Below, piece by piece: positions 34,681-49,300 of a stretch of DNA of 64,000 bases. The DNA lies in assembly GCF_964355755.1 (NCBI RefSeq), contig NC_092672.1:12958001-13022000 (forward strand), read 5' to 3'. This DNA comes from Antedon mediterranea (taxonomy: Eukaryota; Animalia; Echinodermata). The notes beneath the pieces are model-generated. The model saw nothing but the letters and a program-made list of their open reading frames with translations. It had not been told where the DNA came from and ran no database searches. Numbering within the stretch: position 1 is the stretch's first letter; each line of letters opens with the position of its first letter. A program made the translations under genes and the position numbers.

Positions 34681-37378
34681 AATCGTCTTTTGGAATATTG
34701 TCCCTTGTCATAAATGATTGAGCATTCTTTCATATTTCTTGTTCGAGCCATAATTCATCAATAATAAAATAATTAGGATTGTCTAATCAAAAAAGAACAA
34801 TCACACGCAGTGAATTTATATATTAGCCTTATTATTAAACATGTGCTTTGTTTGTTTAAAAAGTACAACTTTAATGGAATTTGTCCAATGGTAAAATACC
34901 TTTTCCCGAAAATAAGTATTATTGTATGCCATTTTGAAATTAATAGAGAAGATGAAAATTTAGAAACATATACAAGTCTACTATTTGCATACAATAAATG
35001 CTACTTTTTATTGGATGTGTAATACTATCCTTTTTTTCATAAAGTTTTTTGCCTGTAATTATATTCCTATATTATCTTACTTCATTTAAGTTTATTATAG
35101 TTAGGACCCCACAACATCAAATGAAGCAAGACAAAGACCATCATTAATTACTAACCAATTCATAGAAATTACTTAAGCACAATAAACAAAGTAACAAAAA
35201 AATAATCAACCAATCAGGATCAACTTATAGGGGTGGAGTCCAAACTCCCTATAAAAAGAATAGATATTGATATAAAAAAAAGAGTCAGAAAATACAGTTC
35301 GAAAGTGAAAAGAGGGTCTAAGGCGGCACCTCAGCTTGAGCCTAATTTTTATGAGACATAATTTAATATAATAAATTCTAGATCTTAAATATTGATTTAA
35401 TGTATGGCTTTCCTCAGACCATCAAGTGACTAACCGTGAACCAAATCACCATGTTTCCCAAGTATCATTATCTATGCGGAAATTTGACAGACCAGGTTCG
35501 AGTAAATTAATTATTTGTGTTTCGTCGTGCTACTAAAAAAAGCATGCTAAGAGTGGACACCCACTACATCTATAAAAAGGAAAGAAATCTATAAATTCTG
35601 AAATACATCAACTCAAATGTCATTTAAGTGATCCTGTATATATCAACTTTTTTTTTTTTATTTACTTTGTATGGATGTATGTATTCCATAAAAAGAAAAT
35701 TTATTTTTGACTGTTTTGTATACATCTTTCAAATTAGGCCTATGTATGTTTTTTTTTTTGGGGTATTTATATGTTATAATTTTCTTTAAACCTTGTAACT
35801 GGACCATTTTGAAAAGCAATCCAATCAAAAGAAAGAATAAATTAAAAAAATAATATATTCCTTCAATCAAAAAAGAAATATTTATATAGCAGAGCTTATA
35901 GCCTACAACCTTGTTAAGAAATCTGAATATAGTGTAGTAAGGGATTGGCAAGAGACAACAAAGCAATTTGATGTCTGCTGTTTTAAAGGACTACATAGAA
36001 AATGGCACATTATTAAACATTTGCCTCATGTTAGCTGGCTCAGGTTCTGTATGGTGAAAAAACTACAGCTCTAGAAGCAAATCGACATGAACAGCATGAG
36101 GTGTAGAGATAGCAGACACCCAAACTGTTGGTTTTAATTTTGTTTAGATCATAGAACAATAGGGTAGTACTATATACTGTAGTACATATTTAAACAGTAA
36201 ATGTCTCTGAATGAAACTGCAATACCTACCTGCACGATCAGTGAACAGCAAACAATCACAGTTTTCTCTCTGCCCACCATTAATGTCTATAGATTTGTTT
36301 GCGAGAAGTTTCGCGCAGTTTGTTGGAATTTAATTTGTGGCAGTCAAAAAAATTGACTGGCTTACTGTATGTAAAAATAACCTTATGGACAACACGGCTC
36401 TATGACGGTTAGGAAATTATTAAATTATAAAAACAATCTTTCCCAATCCCAGATACTTATCCATATGTAACCTTTTATATACATGAGCTTATGAGTCTTT
36501 AAATGTCTTTAAATCTGAGGTAGAGGCATGAATTTTAAATATAATATATTTGGTTAATTGTACATAAATCAAATATGTGCAACATATACCATGACAAAAA
36601 AAACATGAATTTCCCTTAAAATGGTAAATACAAAATTATGCTATAAAAACCACACCACACCCTTTATTTTTTATAGTATTTTAAAAATGCCCGTCTATTT
36701 ACAACATTTGTGTACAAAAGAATAGAGATTTTACTGTGTAATTTGAACTATCCCCACTGATAAGAAAGTGGTTATTTTAAACAAGATCATGTAACACAAA
36801 TAAAATTTCCAAAAATTATTAATTATCGATAATTATTGGAATGTATGATCATTATACATTTTTTCCCATACCTGGCCTTTAAAAATTTTAAAAATAAATG
36901 AAAAATAAAAAGTTCCTGTAAAATCTGGGGAAAAAACCTGACCGCAGACCACATTAGCACTTGCGCTTACTGGAACAAAGAACAGTGCAGGGGCAAACTT
37001 TGATGCTATACCACTAGCCAAGAGGAGGAAGCAATTCTGATGTCTCTTTCGCAAAAATGCAATAATCCATCAAACGGATGATAAAGGCATTATATTGTTA
37101 TCAATGTGGTTAGTACAAACAACTGATTAGTGGTGACATTCACATAACATGGTGACATGACTGATGTTCACTAATGAACATCTTTACCTGCACTTGAATT
37201 TGCTTCATGAAAATGCCCTTCACTTCCAAATGATGTCAATGGTTAATTAAATATGCAGCAGCAAATTCTGGATTCAGGCTTTCTTCTTGTACAGTACAGA
37301 CCAATTGAAGAATGATCAATCATTAAGCGCTTTCATCTCCAATAGTTAATACATTGTGGCTTCACTTGACTTAACATG

Positions 37379-40300
37379 TTATTCCTCGAGCACATGGACA
37401 TTATTTATAAACATATACTGTGAGAAAAGTATATGCAATACCCTAAACCACAATAGTTGACTCCAGTGTTTCACCATTGCTCTCTAAAATAAAAACAAAT
37501 ACATTTTTTTTTTAATAAACTGATACACCGTTTTATTTATTTGTGAAACTTCTAACTTCCCCGCTATGACTAGGATTCAATATTTCAACATTAATTATGT
37601 CAAATTTAATGAAATGTCTAAAATATGCATTTGTAAATAATGTATTTAAAAGACATCAAGTCAACCCATCAGATTCTTGAAAATACAATTCTCAATGTGC
37701 TCCGTCTTTTTATTTAAAGTTATCTTGATTGATTTCTAAAGGTTTTCCATCAATAGGCCAACAAATAGACCTTCACAGCTTAGTTTTTCTAATAGCAAGA
37801 TGAACAATTGTAAACTTACTTGTGTGCGTAAAACTTGCAGAGGGCTGGATAGGAAAAGGTAACTGCTCGTGTATAGGTGACAGATTAAAATAAATGGTAG
37901 ACTAAAGATGGAAAGGTATTTCATAAAACAACTCTCACTTTTCAGTACCAATACTTCTATTTCTGAAATATATAAAATAAAAAATAATTTTAAAAAAAAA
38001 TTTCATAAGGTGAAATGTAAAATGTATATTTATAGACTTCATGAAATTAGTTGTACCATTGCAAACATAAACAACATTCATACTATCTTACCTGTTTTAA
38101 ATTTCTTTGAGTTGCGTTGAAGCATCCTAAAAAAAATAATTTTGTTATACTGTATAATTATATAGTGTCACTGAACTGATTCTATCCAAATTGGAAATAA
38201 TCTTATCTACAAATGTATAACTAGGAAAAGGATAAGTAAAATCTATTAAATAGTATTTAAGGAAAACATCTCGCTGTGTAATCTCAATATATACAACCTA
38301 AATGCAAAAGAAAATGGCCAGGAAGAAGTCAAGTTCCAGAAAAAAAGAATTCCTGAAGTACACAATGCTCAAGAGGATTTCTTGTATCCTGCAACTCAGC
38401 AATTTCTTTTTATCAAACCACAAAACAAGTTGATCCAAAAATATAGTAAGCAAAGAACCTTTATATGTACTCACTGTATAGCTTGAAAAACTGAAACATG
38501 ATTGCGGTGACCACTCACACCATAGGCATCAAATGTGACTATCTACCAAGAAATAGTTAAGAACAAGGTTAACACAAGCTCAAAGAATGTACAACCTCTG
38601 TAAACCAAACTCAGGGTAATAAATATAAAATAGTCAACCAGATATACTGTACAGGTTAAATTCATGGTTCAATGGTTCTAAGTGACCACTCACATACATT
38701 AAACCATACATTTACCCTTTGACCTGATTGACTACTTCCAAAATAGTCTGAACAGGAAATCATTTGTTTATAACTCCTCCCATCCAAACTTAGCATTCCA
38801 AAGACAATCATAATAATGCACTTGTCAATTGTATGACCCACTATACGACCCCCCGGGAGGTGCGTCATTTGTCCGATGTGCGTCATACTTTTGAATACCA
38901 TGACGCACCCGTGCGTCAAAAAGGTGACTTACCTTTAGGTGACCATGACGCACCCATTTTGACACACTGTGACCATGTTGTTTATGATATGGTGGGTGGT
39001 AAAGTGACGGACATTGACACACCTTGTTCATTGATGTGACGTACCATCTAGGTTTTTTGACGCACCCCTGCGTCAGTAATTATTTGTAAATGACGCACCC
39101 ATGACGCACCTCTCCCGGGGGTCGTATAGTGGGTCATACAATTGATAAGTGCATAAGTTTTACTAAACTTTGTGCAATTTCTATTTCATATTTGTCTGTT
39201 CAGATGGTCATACAAACTATTATTTATGTGTCAACAACTTTGTAGATATAAGTGTAAAATGAAGATAAAATCAGACTTTTTTAATCCAATTTTTGGTCAA
39301 AGTTATGTAAAATTAAAATTACATTAATGATTACTGTGACAATGTATCTTTAAATGTCAAAATGATTCAACCAGCAAAACACAATTTCTAAATCAATGTC
39401 TAATGTTTTAACATTGGTTGGTATGTCTGTGTATGGTCTATGATGTACACATAGACTGCAGTTGAGGCTCCAGTAAGCCTTTAGCCATGGTGATGCTAGT
39501 GTAAAGTAGGTCTAGCATTTTTTTACAAATCCATTGAAGTTCACTTAACTCCATTTATTTCTTCCATAATGCTACCGAATGATGCTAGTCTGAACGGCAA
39601 ACCCTTAGGTTAGTGTCTCTGATACACCATGCCTGTATAATCTAAACAAAGTTTAGTTCCTATAATCATTACACTTACCCTATTAATTGAGTGGGCGCTC
39701 ACTTGTTGTTCAACATATTTAGCAATAACAACTGGATCCCAATCAATTTCAGGACTATCTGGTAGATTTCTACATACAAAAAATATGTACTTTATTTAAT
39801 TTGTTGGCATTATAAACATATTTGACATGGATAACATTTTTCATTATATTGTTCTAACAAATAGTCCATGGTAAGAATAAGATAACAATTGAGGAATACT
39901 GTATACTGTAGAATAACTAGTAACATATTATTCGTAATCTCAATATAGGAATATTGCCATGCGACATTGTATTTTTAATATTTTGGCATTATAAAAATCC
40001 CAGAACATCTCACAGAATTTGAACCCCAGATCTGACCGTAGGCCAGCATCCCTTTTGATTCAAATTATTTTCTTTTTAAATTCAATTTATTTTAATTCTT
40101 TTTGTTGCAAATTTACATCTTGTCATATTGTATTTTTGTGAGGTCCCTAATGAGTTTTGGCTGGATGGACAACCATCGTAAAATATTGTTGAAATAATTA
40201 TCTCTTTTCTCGAACTCTGGCACTTTGTAAATTCTCCTATAAACCGCTTCCCTAAGCTTTGGTCTCAGTTACCTTCCTTATTACGTCAATTAGCTGTTTA

Positions 40301-43300
40301 ACTGAATATTTTCCACATCTTTTATCATCTATTTGACTCTTTCCTTCTTGATAATTATCTTTAACTTTTTTTTTTTTTTGCATATTTAATTCAATTTTGT
40401 TGTACAGTAGATAGGCATAATTGTTCTTTTTTTATATTTTTTGCAGTTACACTTACAGTAATCTTGATCAATTTATCTCTGTATATTTTATCTTATGATT
40501 TGTTGGTCAATTTACAGCATTAGCATCTTTGCAGTCTTTGATTGTTTTTAAAACTTTTGCTTTGGCTTCTTTTGTTTCGAATTTTAACACCTAACAAAAC
40601 ATGGCTAATTGTTTATTAGTCCTCATTTGCATACTTATTCATTGTTATAGCCATTTCCTGGGCCATATTATAACTACCCTATCTGAATGTGGAATTAATG
40701 TCATTCCTGATGATTTTTTTTGTCTAGTGTGGGTTTTAATATCATACTCTATTACAAATATTATATTTTTAAAGCATATTTTTCCTCTCATTTATAACGT
40801 TAAATGTAGTACTGTAATAAAAACATTTGCTATATACATAAAATGATTGATTTTGATGTTTTTAAAACCATATTTATATTTGCATTCGTTACTTTACATT
40901 TAAAAAAAAAACAAGACAAAGTTATTTAAATATATAAAATAAGTAACATAATGGCAATAAAAAGACGATAAAAATTGATAAAAACGTACTTTTGACAGTT
41001 GTCATTATTCTATAAAGCTCGTGTTTGGGTAGATGATGATCAAATAGAAAATAAAATTTAAACTTGAATTTCCTCTTGTTTTGGATAAAGTTTTATACTT
41101 TTTTAAATAATATAAATTATACAGTAAATGACAATTAATGCATGAATATTACAGTGGAAAGTACAAAATGGGGACAGGAAATACTTTAAAAAGACTGAAC
41201 CGAAAAGCTTTGGCATTTTTTTTTTTTTTGCCGTTTTTCTTACTTTGTATTATTGACTTATTTATTTTCATGACTCGATTTGAGCAAAATGTGTATTTCA
41301 ATTTTAGTTTAAAACTTGTACTAATTGTAATAAAAATTCTTTGCCTTTATGAAATTTTACATTTTGGATTGTCGTTGCGCAAGAAAATATTAAGTTATAT
41401 TAATGTAAACAAAAATAAGAAAGATCTTTAGCTTATACTGCCAAAACCTATGAATTAAATTTCCAAAGAATTAAAATGCGGGAATTCTTCAATTAAATTA
41501 TAGGAAGTAACATTAACAATAATCTCTATTGAAAAAAACAAGCTAACATTGACCGTCATACACCCCAACTCTAACAACGATACCCTTCATGATTGGTGGG
41601 TATTGTCCGGGTGGTTATTGTCGGATTTCCAAACAGTCATGTTTTCACAAAAAAATAATTAAAATTGGGCCAGTAAAAAAAAAATAGACCAATCGGAATA
41701 AGGCTAACCTTAAAAAAATAGAACCTTTGTATATAATGTAATTGTTATGAAATAAGTTGAGTGTGTGGTCTTGTAAAAACCTTGAACATGGATCTTTAGT
41801 GCCATTCCATGTTGAATTCGTTTTTTAGTGGTGTTTAATGAGCTCTATGGTCTGTTTCTGCTGGATTTTTAAAATTATATTTAAAATTTTCATTTCTGCT
41901 CAATTTTTGCTGCTAAATAAGATCCGTTTAAATCAGTGGGTGATCATCAACGGAAATCATTAACAGTACCCAAAATGCAATGAGCACTGGCAGTCAATTC
42001 AAACAATACTGCAGTGTAGTTGACTGTCAATCAAATAACCGATATTTTGAGTTGCAGCTAAAAGTTGCACAGTAACCAGTTTATAACATTCTAACACCAA
42101 ATCGATTTTAATTTGGGTTAATTTATTTACACAGTAATTAACCGAATATTTGTTGGCAGCAGAAACAGGGGACCCTACATTCTGAAACATGTAAACCTAC
42201 CCATCTTCAATTATTGTTACTGCCGATGGTTGAAAACCAAGAACAGTGCAGCTTTTCATCAACTCTTTTCTTCTTACATCACCCTGTTTATAGTAATCAC
42301 CTTTGAGTAAAATAAATTTTATAAATCGGATATTTGTTTACTCTAAAACATCCAGCATTAAGACCATAAATATTCATTCATTAGAATATCATAACACTCA
42401 TAACATATAATATAGAAAATAAATAACATATTACTTAAAGTATTTTACAATGCACAATGACTGCAAAAAATGCAACATCAATAAAACATGACCGTAACGC
42501 CTGGCCTAGCTGCTGCACTGTAGGTTTTCGCCTTCGCCACGACGTAATCGGCGTCATGCTTCGTCAGTCTAGCCAGCCTGGAGTTTTACTTTGTGTTTGT
42601 TTTTTTTTTGTCAATCAATATAAAATAGGTATCCCAATGAAAAAATTTAGATTAATTAATTTACTTTACAGTAATTAGCATTTTGCAATTTAAATGATTG
42701 AAATCCGATTACCCGTTCTAAAGTTATGGATATTTAAAGTGGTAAAAAAATATACTATTTTTTGCTTAAAAATTTTCAGTTAAAATTGGAAGCATTTTTT
42801 AAAGACCCCTTCCCTGCAATTTTGGACGTTTTTTGGAAAATAATACATATGTATCACTTTAAAAACATTAAACCATGTCATTCCTTGTCTTAAATGTACG
42901 TTTTATGGTAAATTATGATAAAAAGTGAGAAACAATGCACTACCTAAGTAGCTCGTGGCGATCGACCTCTCGTGGACGGTCTTAGGCCTAGCCTAGCTAG
43001 GCTTAGTTTTGTAGGCCTAGCTGGTAAACATCGGTAACGTACGAACATCGTACGCTACCTATATACCTAGCCTGACGTTGTATAGTTGCTGCATTAATTG
43101 TCTTTCTATTTTTGCCAGACTCCGTTGATACAAATTGGGGAAAACCCGGTATTTTCGCTGAAAAGTTAGGAGTCTTCCATTTGTTTTGGCCTCACGATCG
43201 ATCGAAAAGTGGGCAAATTACAGGTGAAAAACAAAAATATCCATCCGCGCGCAATGCATTTTGGGATTTATAGCGGGCCGCTATAATTATTAGAATCAAC

Positions 43301-46300
43301 TTATTTTTCACATTTTTAACCGTTTAAAGACGAAAAAAGTTATCGCAATAGGACCATATAATAGTATTATTTTTACATTAAATATAGTTTGTGATCTTAA
43401 ATTAGATCTAAAAAACGTAGGGAATGGGGCTTTAAATACAGTCGACTCTGCCCAAGTCAAATCTAATGGGACCTGTATAAAAATTCGAGTTACGCGAACT
43501 TCGACTTACAGATTTGCAAAAAAAATGCTAGGCCTAGGTTCACTCACTAGTCGCGCTATGGCTAGGCCTAGTGGACCCTGCCCTGTTGCGATCGCGGCCA
43601 ACGCGATGAGCCTTCTTGAATTGAGTTTGCTTAGCTAGCTAGCTAGCTAGGCCTAATAAATGCTAAGCCTCTTTATCGGCAATGATAAACTGTATTTTCT
43701 TTTCTGGTTTAAGCCCGAAACAATACAAAAACGTATAATATATACATTTCGGTTCTTATTCGAAGAATTATATTATATTATTTTACGGCACTTTTAAATT
43801 TTGGCCTAGGCTATATAACACACACAAATTGCTATTAACTCACACAAATACCTATATATAGGGGATAGGGAAAATCAATTAACGGTTTTTGTTACTTGCA
43901 GTTGTGTTTTAATGATTAAAATTAGTAGAGGCATACTTTAATAACTAATTCTCATAGTAGTTGATGAATCAAGTCGATACGATGACATCATCATGCCAGA
44001 ATCCAATATGGCGTCCAAGTTGGCGGGAAAAACAGGGTATTGCTAAACCTCCCAAAAAAACATAGCAAACTCCACCGAACCAACATAAAAGTGATTGAAT
44101 CATCGAGTGTACGACCCACTGGGTATATAAAATATTATATATCTTTGGGATAAAACATCATTTTTTGGTCAAAAATTAGCAATCATTTTTTACCAAAAAA
44201 ATGATGTTTTACCCCAAAAATAAGTAGTTAACAGTAGAAATTTAATTTTTGTTTACATGGATATACCCAGTGGGTTGTACACTACCTGATTCAATCACTT
44301 TTATTATGTTGGTTTGGTGGGGTTTGCTATATTTTTTTGGAGGTTTGCAGGATTTAGCAACCATTTTTTACCAAAAAATGATGTTTTACCCCAAAAATAA
44401 GTAGTTAACAGTAGAACTTTAATATTTCTTTTACATGGATACCCAGTGGGTTGTACACTACATGATTCAATCACTTTTATGTTGGTTCGGTGGGGTTGGC
44501 TATGTTTTTTTGGAGGTTTCCGGGGTTTAGCAATACCCTGTTTTTCGCGCCAAATTGGACGCCATATTGGATTCTGGCATGATGATGTCATCGTATCGAC
44601 ATGATTTATCAACTACTATGAGAAGTAGTTATTAAAGTAAGCCTCAGCTAATTTTAATCATCATAACACAACTCCAAGACCCTGGGATGGGAATTTTTTT
44701 CTGACATTCTATGGTATCCTTTTGCAAAAAAACCGTATACAAACGTATACGATTTATATACATTTCGTATATGTTTCGTATAGGAAGTCCACTTCGTATA
44801 CGAAACGTATACGTCAATTCGGAAGTTCCTGCCCGCATAATAAACATATACGAACCGTATACGATCATTTATAAACAATTTCCTAATTATACGATCCGTA
44901 TACGACGATTCGTGTATACTGCATCGTATTACCAAGCGAAAAGGGACTGTCCCTCTTTTTACAAGACGACGATAGCATACGTTTACGATGGCAGGAGCAT
45001 CTTGACTTCAATAATTAGTGTACAATTTGGGTTTTTTTTCAGTCGGTATATGTACATTAAATTCCCTATGATGATTTAGTTCCTAGTTTTCCCGAATGAA
45101 AACGAAACGAAACGAAATAAACGATTAAATTGAAAGTGCTTTAAATAATATTAATGTACTTGGAAATAAATAAATATTAAATTGGGCCCGCAGTATATTA
45201 AATTTAAAACGAGTAAGTAAAATCCATAAATTACGATTTAATAAAAATGTAGAATACATGTAGCTCCCTATTATATATATGGAATGATCCAAATAAATTC
45301 GCCCAAAACGTGCCTGTGTTATGTGCGCTGCATGCATGCATCACATGGATGGATCAGATTTCATTCATTTTCAATCATCATTGTTGATTTTTTGGCTACG
45401 GGTTTTAACTCACCATAAAAAAAAATAAAAAATGGGATGTAGGCCTAGTTACAGTAGGCCCAAGTAGATAGTAAATTTGATGACTTCTAGCTAGCTAGGC
45501 TATAGGCATATTGTAATTGTATATATCGAATATGCAGTATATAGCTACTGCAGCAGCTCTAGTAAACTAAGAGTAATTAAGGCCTGGGGAAAATACGCCA
45601 AGGAAAAGAGTCTGTGGTACACTCATTGTGAAAATAAGCTAGCTAGCTTTCCCCCATATATTAGATTTGGTTATATTGTATTATTTTAATAACCTACTCT
45701 AGCTAGTAGTATATCAACAACGGTGAAATGGAAATACGATGCATTATGGATATCATCGTTGCAGAGTTAGGGGGTGCCAACAAAACATTCAACAGCCAGA
45801 AATACAAAAAAAGAAGCTCCGACATTTTTATTTAGAGCATTTTACTATTTTAGGCATACAGAACTAATTGCTGTACATTTCCTAGAGTTATCACTGATAA
45901 ATACAATCTAACATAACCTACATATAACTTTAAAAATCCAAATGATAAATTGTACGCGAACGCAGTAAAACCAACCAGTTAAATGTTTGTTAAATAATTA
46001 TTTTACATCTCCCTGGTAAAATGGTACCCTACGCCCCATTTTTATGCCTCCATCATTGATAAGCCGAGCGGTATTTAATTATTTTTATTATTTAATTCGT
46101 AAATTAAAAAAAAAAATTGTTAATATAAATATGTGAACCTTTGTAACTTTTTGTTGTATATGCGCGGGCGCGATACTATTTAATAAGATAGGCTTTATTC
46201 ATATCATTGGCGTGGAGTGGTAAACAACTATGAGCCTAGTTGATACCGCCTCGTAACTACGTATTGACGTTTAACTATAATATTGAATATGCACTGTTAG

Positions 46301-49300
46301 TGTTACTTTAAAAAAGGATGTAATAAAACTGTGTACAATATTAGTAGGTAATAGTTTTTTTGTGCCCCCTCTGTACACACGCCTGCCGGCTATTTGTTTA
46401 TCATTTTAATGAATGCAGTACGAGTCTAACTCCAAATAAAGATATAGAACACATTTTGAGAATTCAAAGTGTTGATCTTTTTTAAGAATCTGATATATAC
46501 CATGAATCATCTTTTTACATAATATACAGCATAAGCATGTACAATCTAATTTAATTGTCACACAATTGAATTAACAAAGGACAATGATTTCAAATAAACT
46601 GTTACAAATAAACAATTATTAATGAAATAGTTGGGGTATTGTTGGGTCCATGGGAAATCAACAATGTTTAGTAGACTTATTTAATTTGTTATTTAAAGTT
46701 GAGGGTAGTTCTTTTTTAAACATATTGGAATACCATGAAAATAAAGAAAGATATGTTTTGTGATTTCTTAATCACCAAGTAGAAATACCGCTGAGATAAA
46801 TGAAAGCAATTCAATCTGTTCGCTACCGGGAATAAATTGAGATTCGATATAATTGTATTTACTATCACCACTAATTGTGGTTTTTTTTTCCCTCGGCGGA
46901 AGTGATCGACTTCATATTCAAAATCCGAATGTATTCATCGTTAAATAATAATTATTATTATTATTATACAATGACCCCACTTCTGTTTTGGGTCATGGTT
47001 TTCCTCTTCGGCATTATTTGCCGAATTATTGTTACTCCATCTCCATTGCTACAACACACGTCGCGGAATAATTTCGCTTAACATAACGATGTAATTTGAC
47101 CACCCAGAGCTCGCACGTGGCGTGACGAATTGAGAACGACGAACCCGATGATTCACCCGATGATATGCATGATTGGCCACCAGGGAGCCGAGTCGACCAC
47201 GAGTTGGAACTTTAGGCAACCGAGCGACGCTCGGTCGTCGTCGGCGGCTGCACTTACTGACCTCTGTCATATTTTATCAAGGAAAACTGCAAACAACATC
47301 GTCGATTTGTGAAAATGGCCCCTTGTTTTTTCTAGGCCTACTGTACCTAGTAGTATACTAGGTAGCTGTTACTACTGTTTAGCGTACTTTATTTACTTGC
47401 GAAAAACGTTGTTTGAATTTTATCGGTAGCCTAGGCTATCTAATAAATATAGAAATAAATATGATCTTATGTACTAGCTCCTACTACTTACTAATAATAC
47501 TACTATCTAATGGCTGGTGCTAGCCTAGACCAGAGCCTACGTACATATTTGTTGTAATGACAATTTAAATGTTTTATTTAGCTCTATTCTACTCATTACT
47601 GCTATTATATAATTTATAAAATGGCCTAGTTTGTTCGTATATGATTCGTATATGATGATTCTTATCATGAATAAACAACGTATACGTTACGTATGCTAAA
47701 CGTATACGACGCCAACTCTTTGTGGAGCAACAGAGTGGAAATAATGTAAACAGTGAAATCGTATACAATCCGTATACGTCGTATACGTTTTCAGCGTATA
47801 CGGATCGTATACGGCTTTTTTGCAAAGGGATACTCTATCAGAAAAAAAAAAAAAATTTTCCTATACTTTTTTCCCACAAAATTTGTACTGCACCCAGGCT
47901 AATACACTAGCGCGAGTTGTAGGACGCCGCCTATACTATACAACTTGCTTGAGAGAACCGATATGGTCCCACATTATCCCCTTTGTCGTTTGAAACGTAT
48001 GTAATTCGATAAACAAACCGGCTTTTTTTTTTTAGCGCGTTGTTGCCGCGTAATTTGTGACTTCGACTTATACGATATAAATCACTGAAGAATGTGTATT
48101 TGGACCGCAAAAAGACGTCAACTTAGACAAATTTCGACTTAGAAAAATTTGACTTACAAATAAAAATTACACAGCAATGTATAGGAAAGAATTGGGACTT
48201 TCCTAAAAATTTGACTTCCGCGATTTTTCGACTTACACAAATTCGACTTAGGCGGAGTACGACTGTAGTTGTAACTTTTTGTTAAACCTATAGATATCAC
48301 AGAGTTGTACAACTCTATTTTTTTAAATTTTTTTTTAAAGCCTCAATGAAACCTATTTTTAAAATTATTGGTCCGCAAAGTTGGTTGGAAAGCATTTTGC
48401 ACCCATTTTTGCTGGATTTCTCTAAAAAATGAAAAAAAAATGCAATTTTTCAATGATCTGTGACTTTTGAACTACTGTACTAACTCATTTAATTTTTGTT
48501 TGTACTTGTTAGAATGTGTGTAGGTTTCATTAATAAATATACTTAAAATTAAGAGATATGTGTAATATGAAACAAAAATAAACAATGGGTCAAAATAAAA
48601 AAAAATTTAAATTAATCAATGTTAATTTAAAAAAACAATTGTTTACATGAATAGTATAACATTATAAAAATGGTTTTCTTTTCGTATTTCTATTACAGGT
48701 AATTTTTTGTTATAGGACCCTAACGGAAATAAACCGTAAGGTTTTATTGGGTCATCCTGAGCTTTGTTTTTTACTTTTAAGTTTTATATTACAACTGTCC
48801 ATTATTGTATTGTTATTTATGTGCTCGAATAAAATTGAATTCTAACCATTATTAGTACGTTATTAAATTGAAATACGGAGCAAGTTTAGGCCAAGTAACG
48901 TCTAAGTATTTCGGTCACAGTTAATGACTTTCGACCGCCGTATACAGGGTCAAATGTAAAGTTGGTAAATTAGATTAATATATTTCTTCAGTGCATTGAA
49001 GCATTTGCATTGTATACTTGGATAATAAATCTTCCGCACATTACACCAATCTTAAGTTGTTAAATTAATGTCTAAAAACAGAAATTCTACGTTGGAAAAG
49101 GACATGTCAATCCCCGACATCGCTGCTGTCGCACACCTCGAGTCGAGCCGGCCTAACTTGAGCGAGGAAAACTAAACGACATGTTCAAAAAATGTAATGT
49201 ACCATTCGCTGATAGGGTGCATTAATGTATTTACCGTATATTTCGGTGTATAAGTCGCACTTTTGACACGCAAATTTGACCTGTAAATTAAGGGTGCGTC

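Larger units (their letters stand above)
43439..48265. mobile_element. pogo/Tigger-like (Tc1/mariner) MITE expanded by nested insertions
   Basis: TIRs CAGTCGACTCTGCCCAAGTC / GACTTAGGCGGAGTACGACTG; TA flanks; TTCGACTTA subterminal repeats at both ends. Confidence 0.7.

Noticed and set aside
38682-38694. 13-nt match to PIGL exon 4 (GTGACCACTCACA) in the adjacent intron
   Set aside because: Too short, with no flanking homology or splice context for an alternative exon.
44304-45079. Several overlapping ORFs
   Set aside because: Generated by foldback and CGTATACG subterminal repeats; no protein features.
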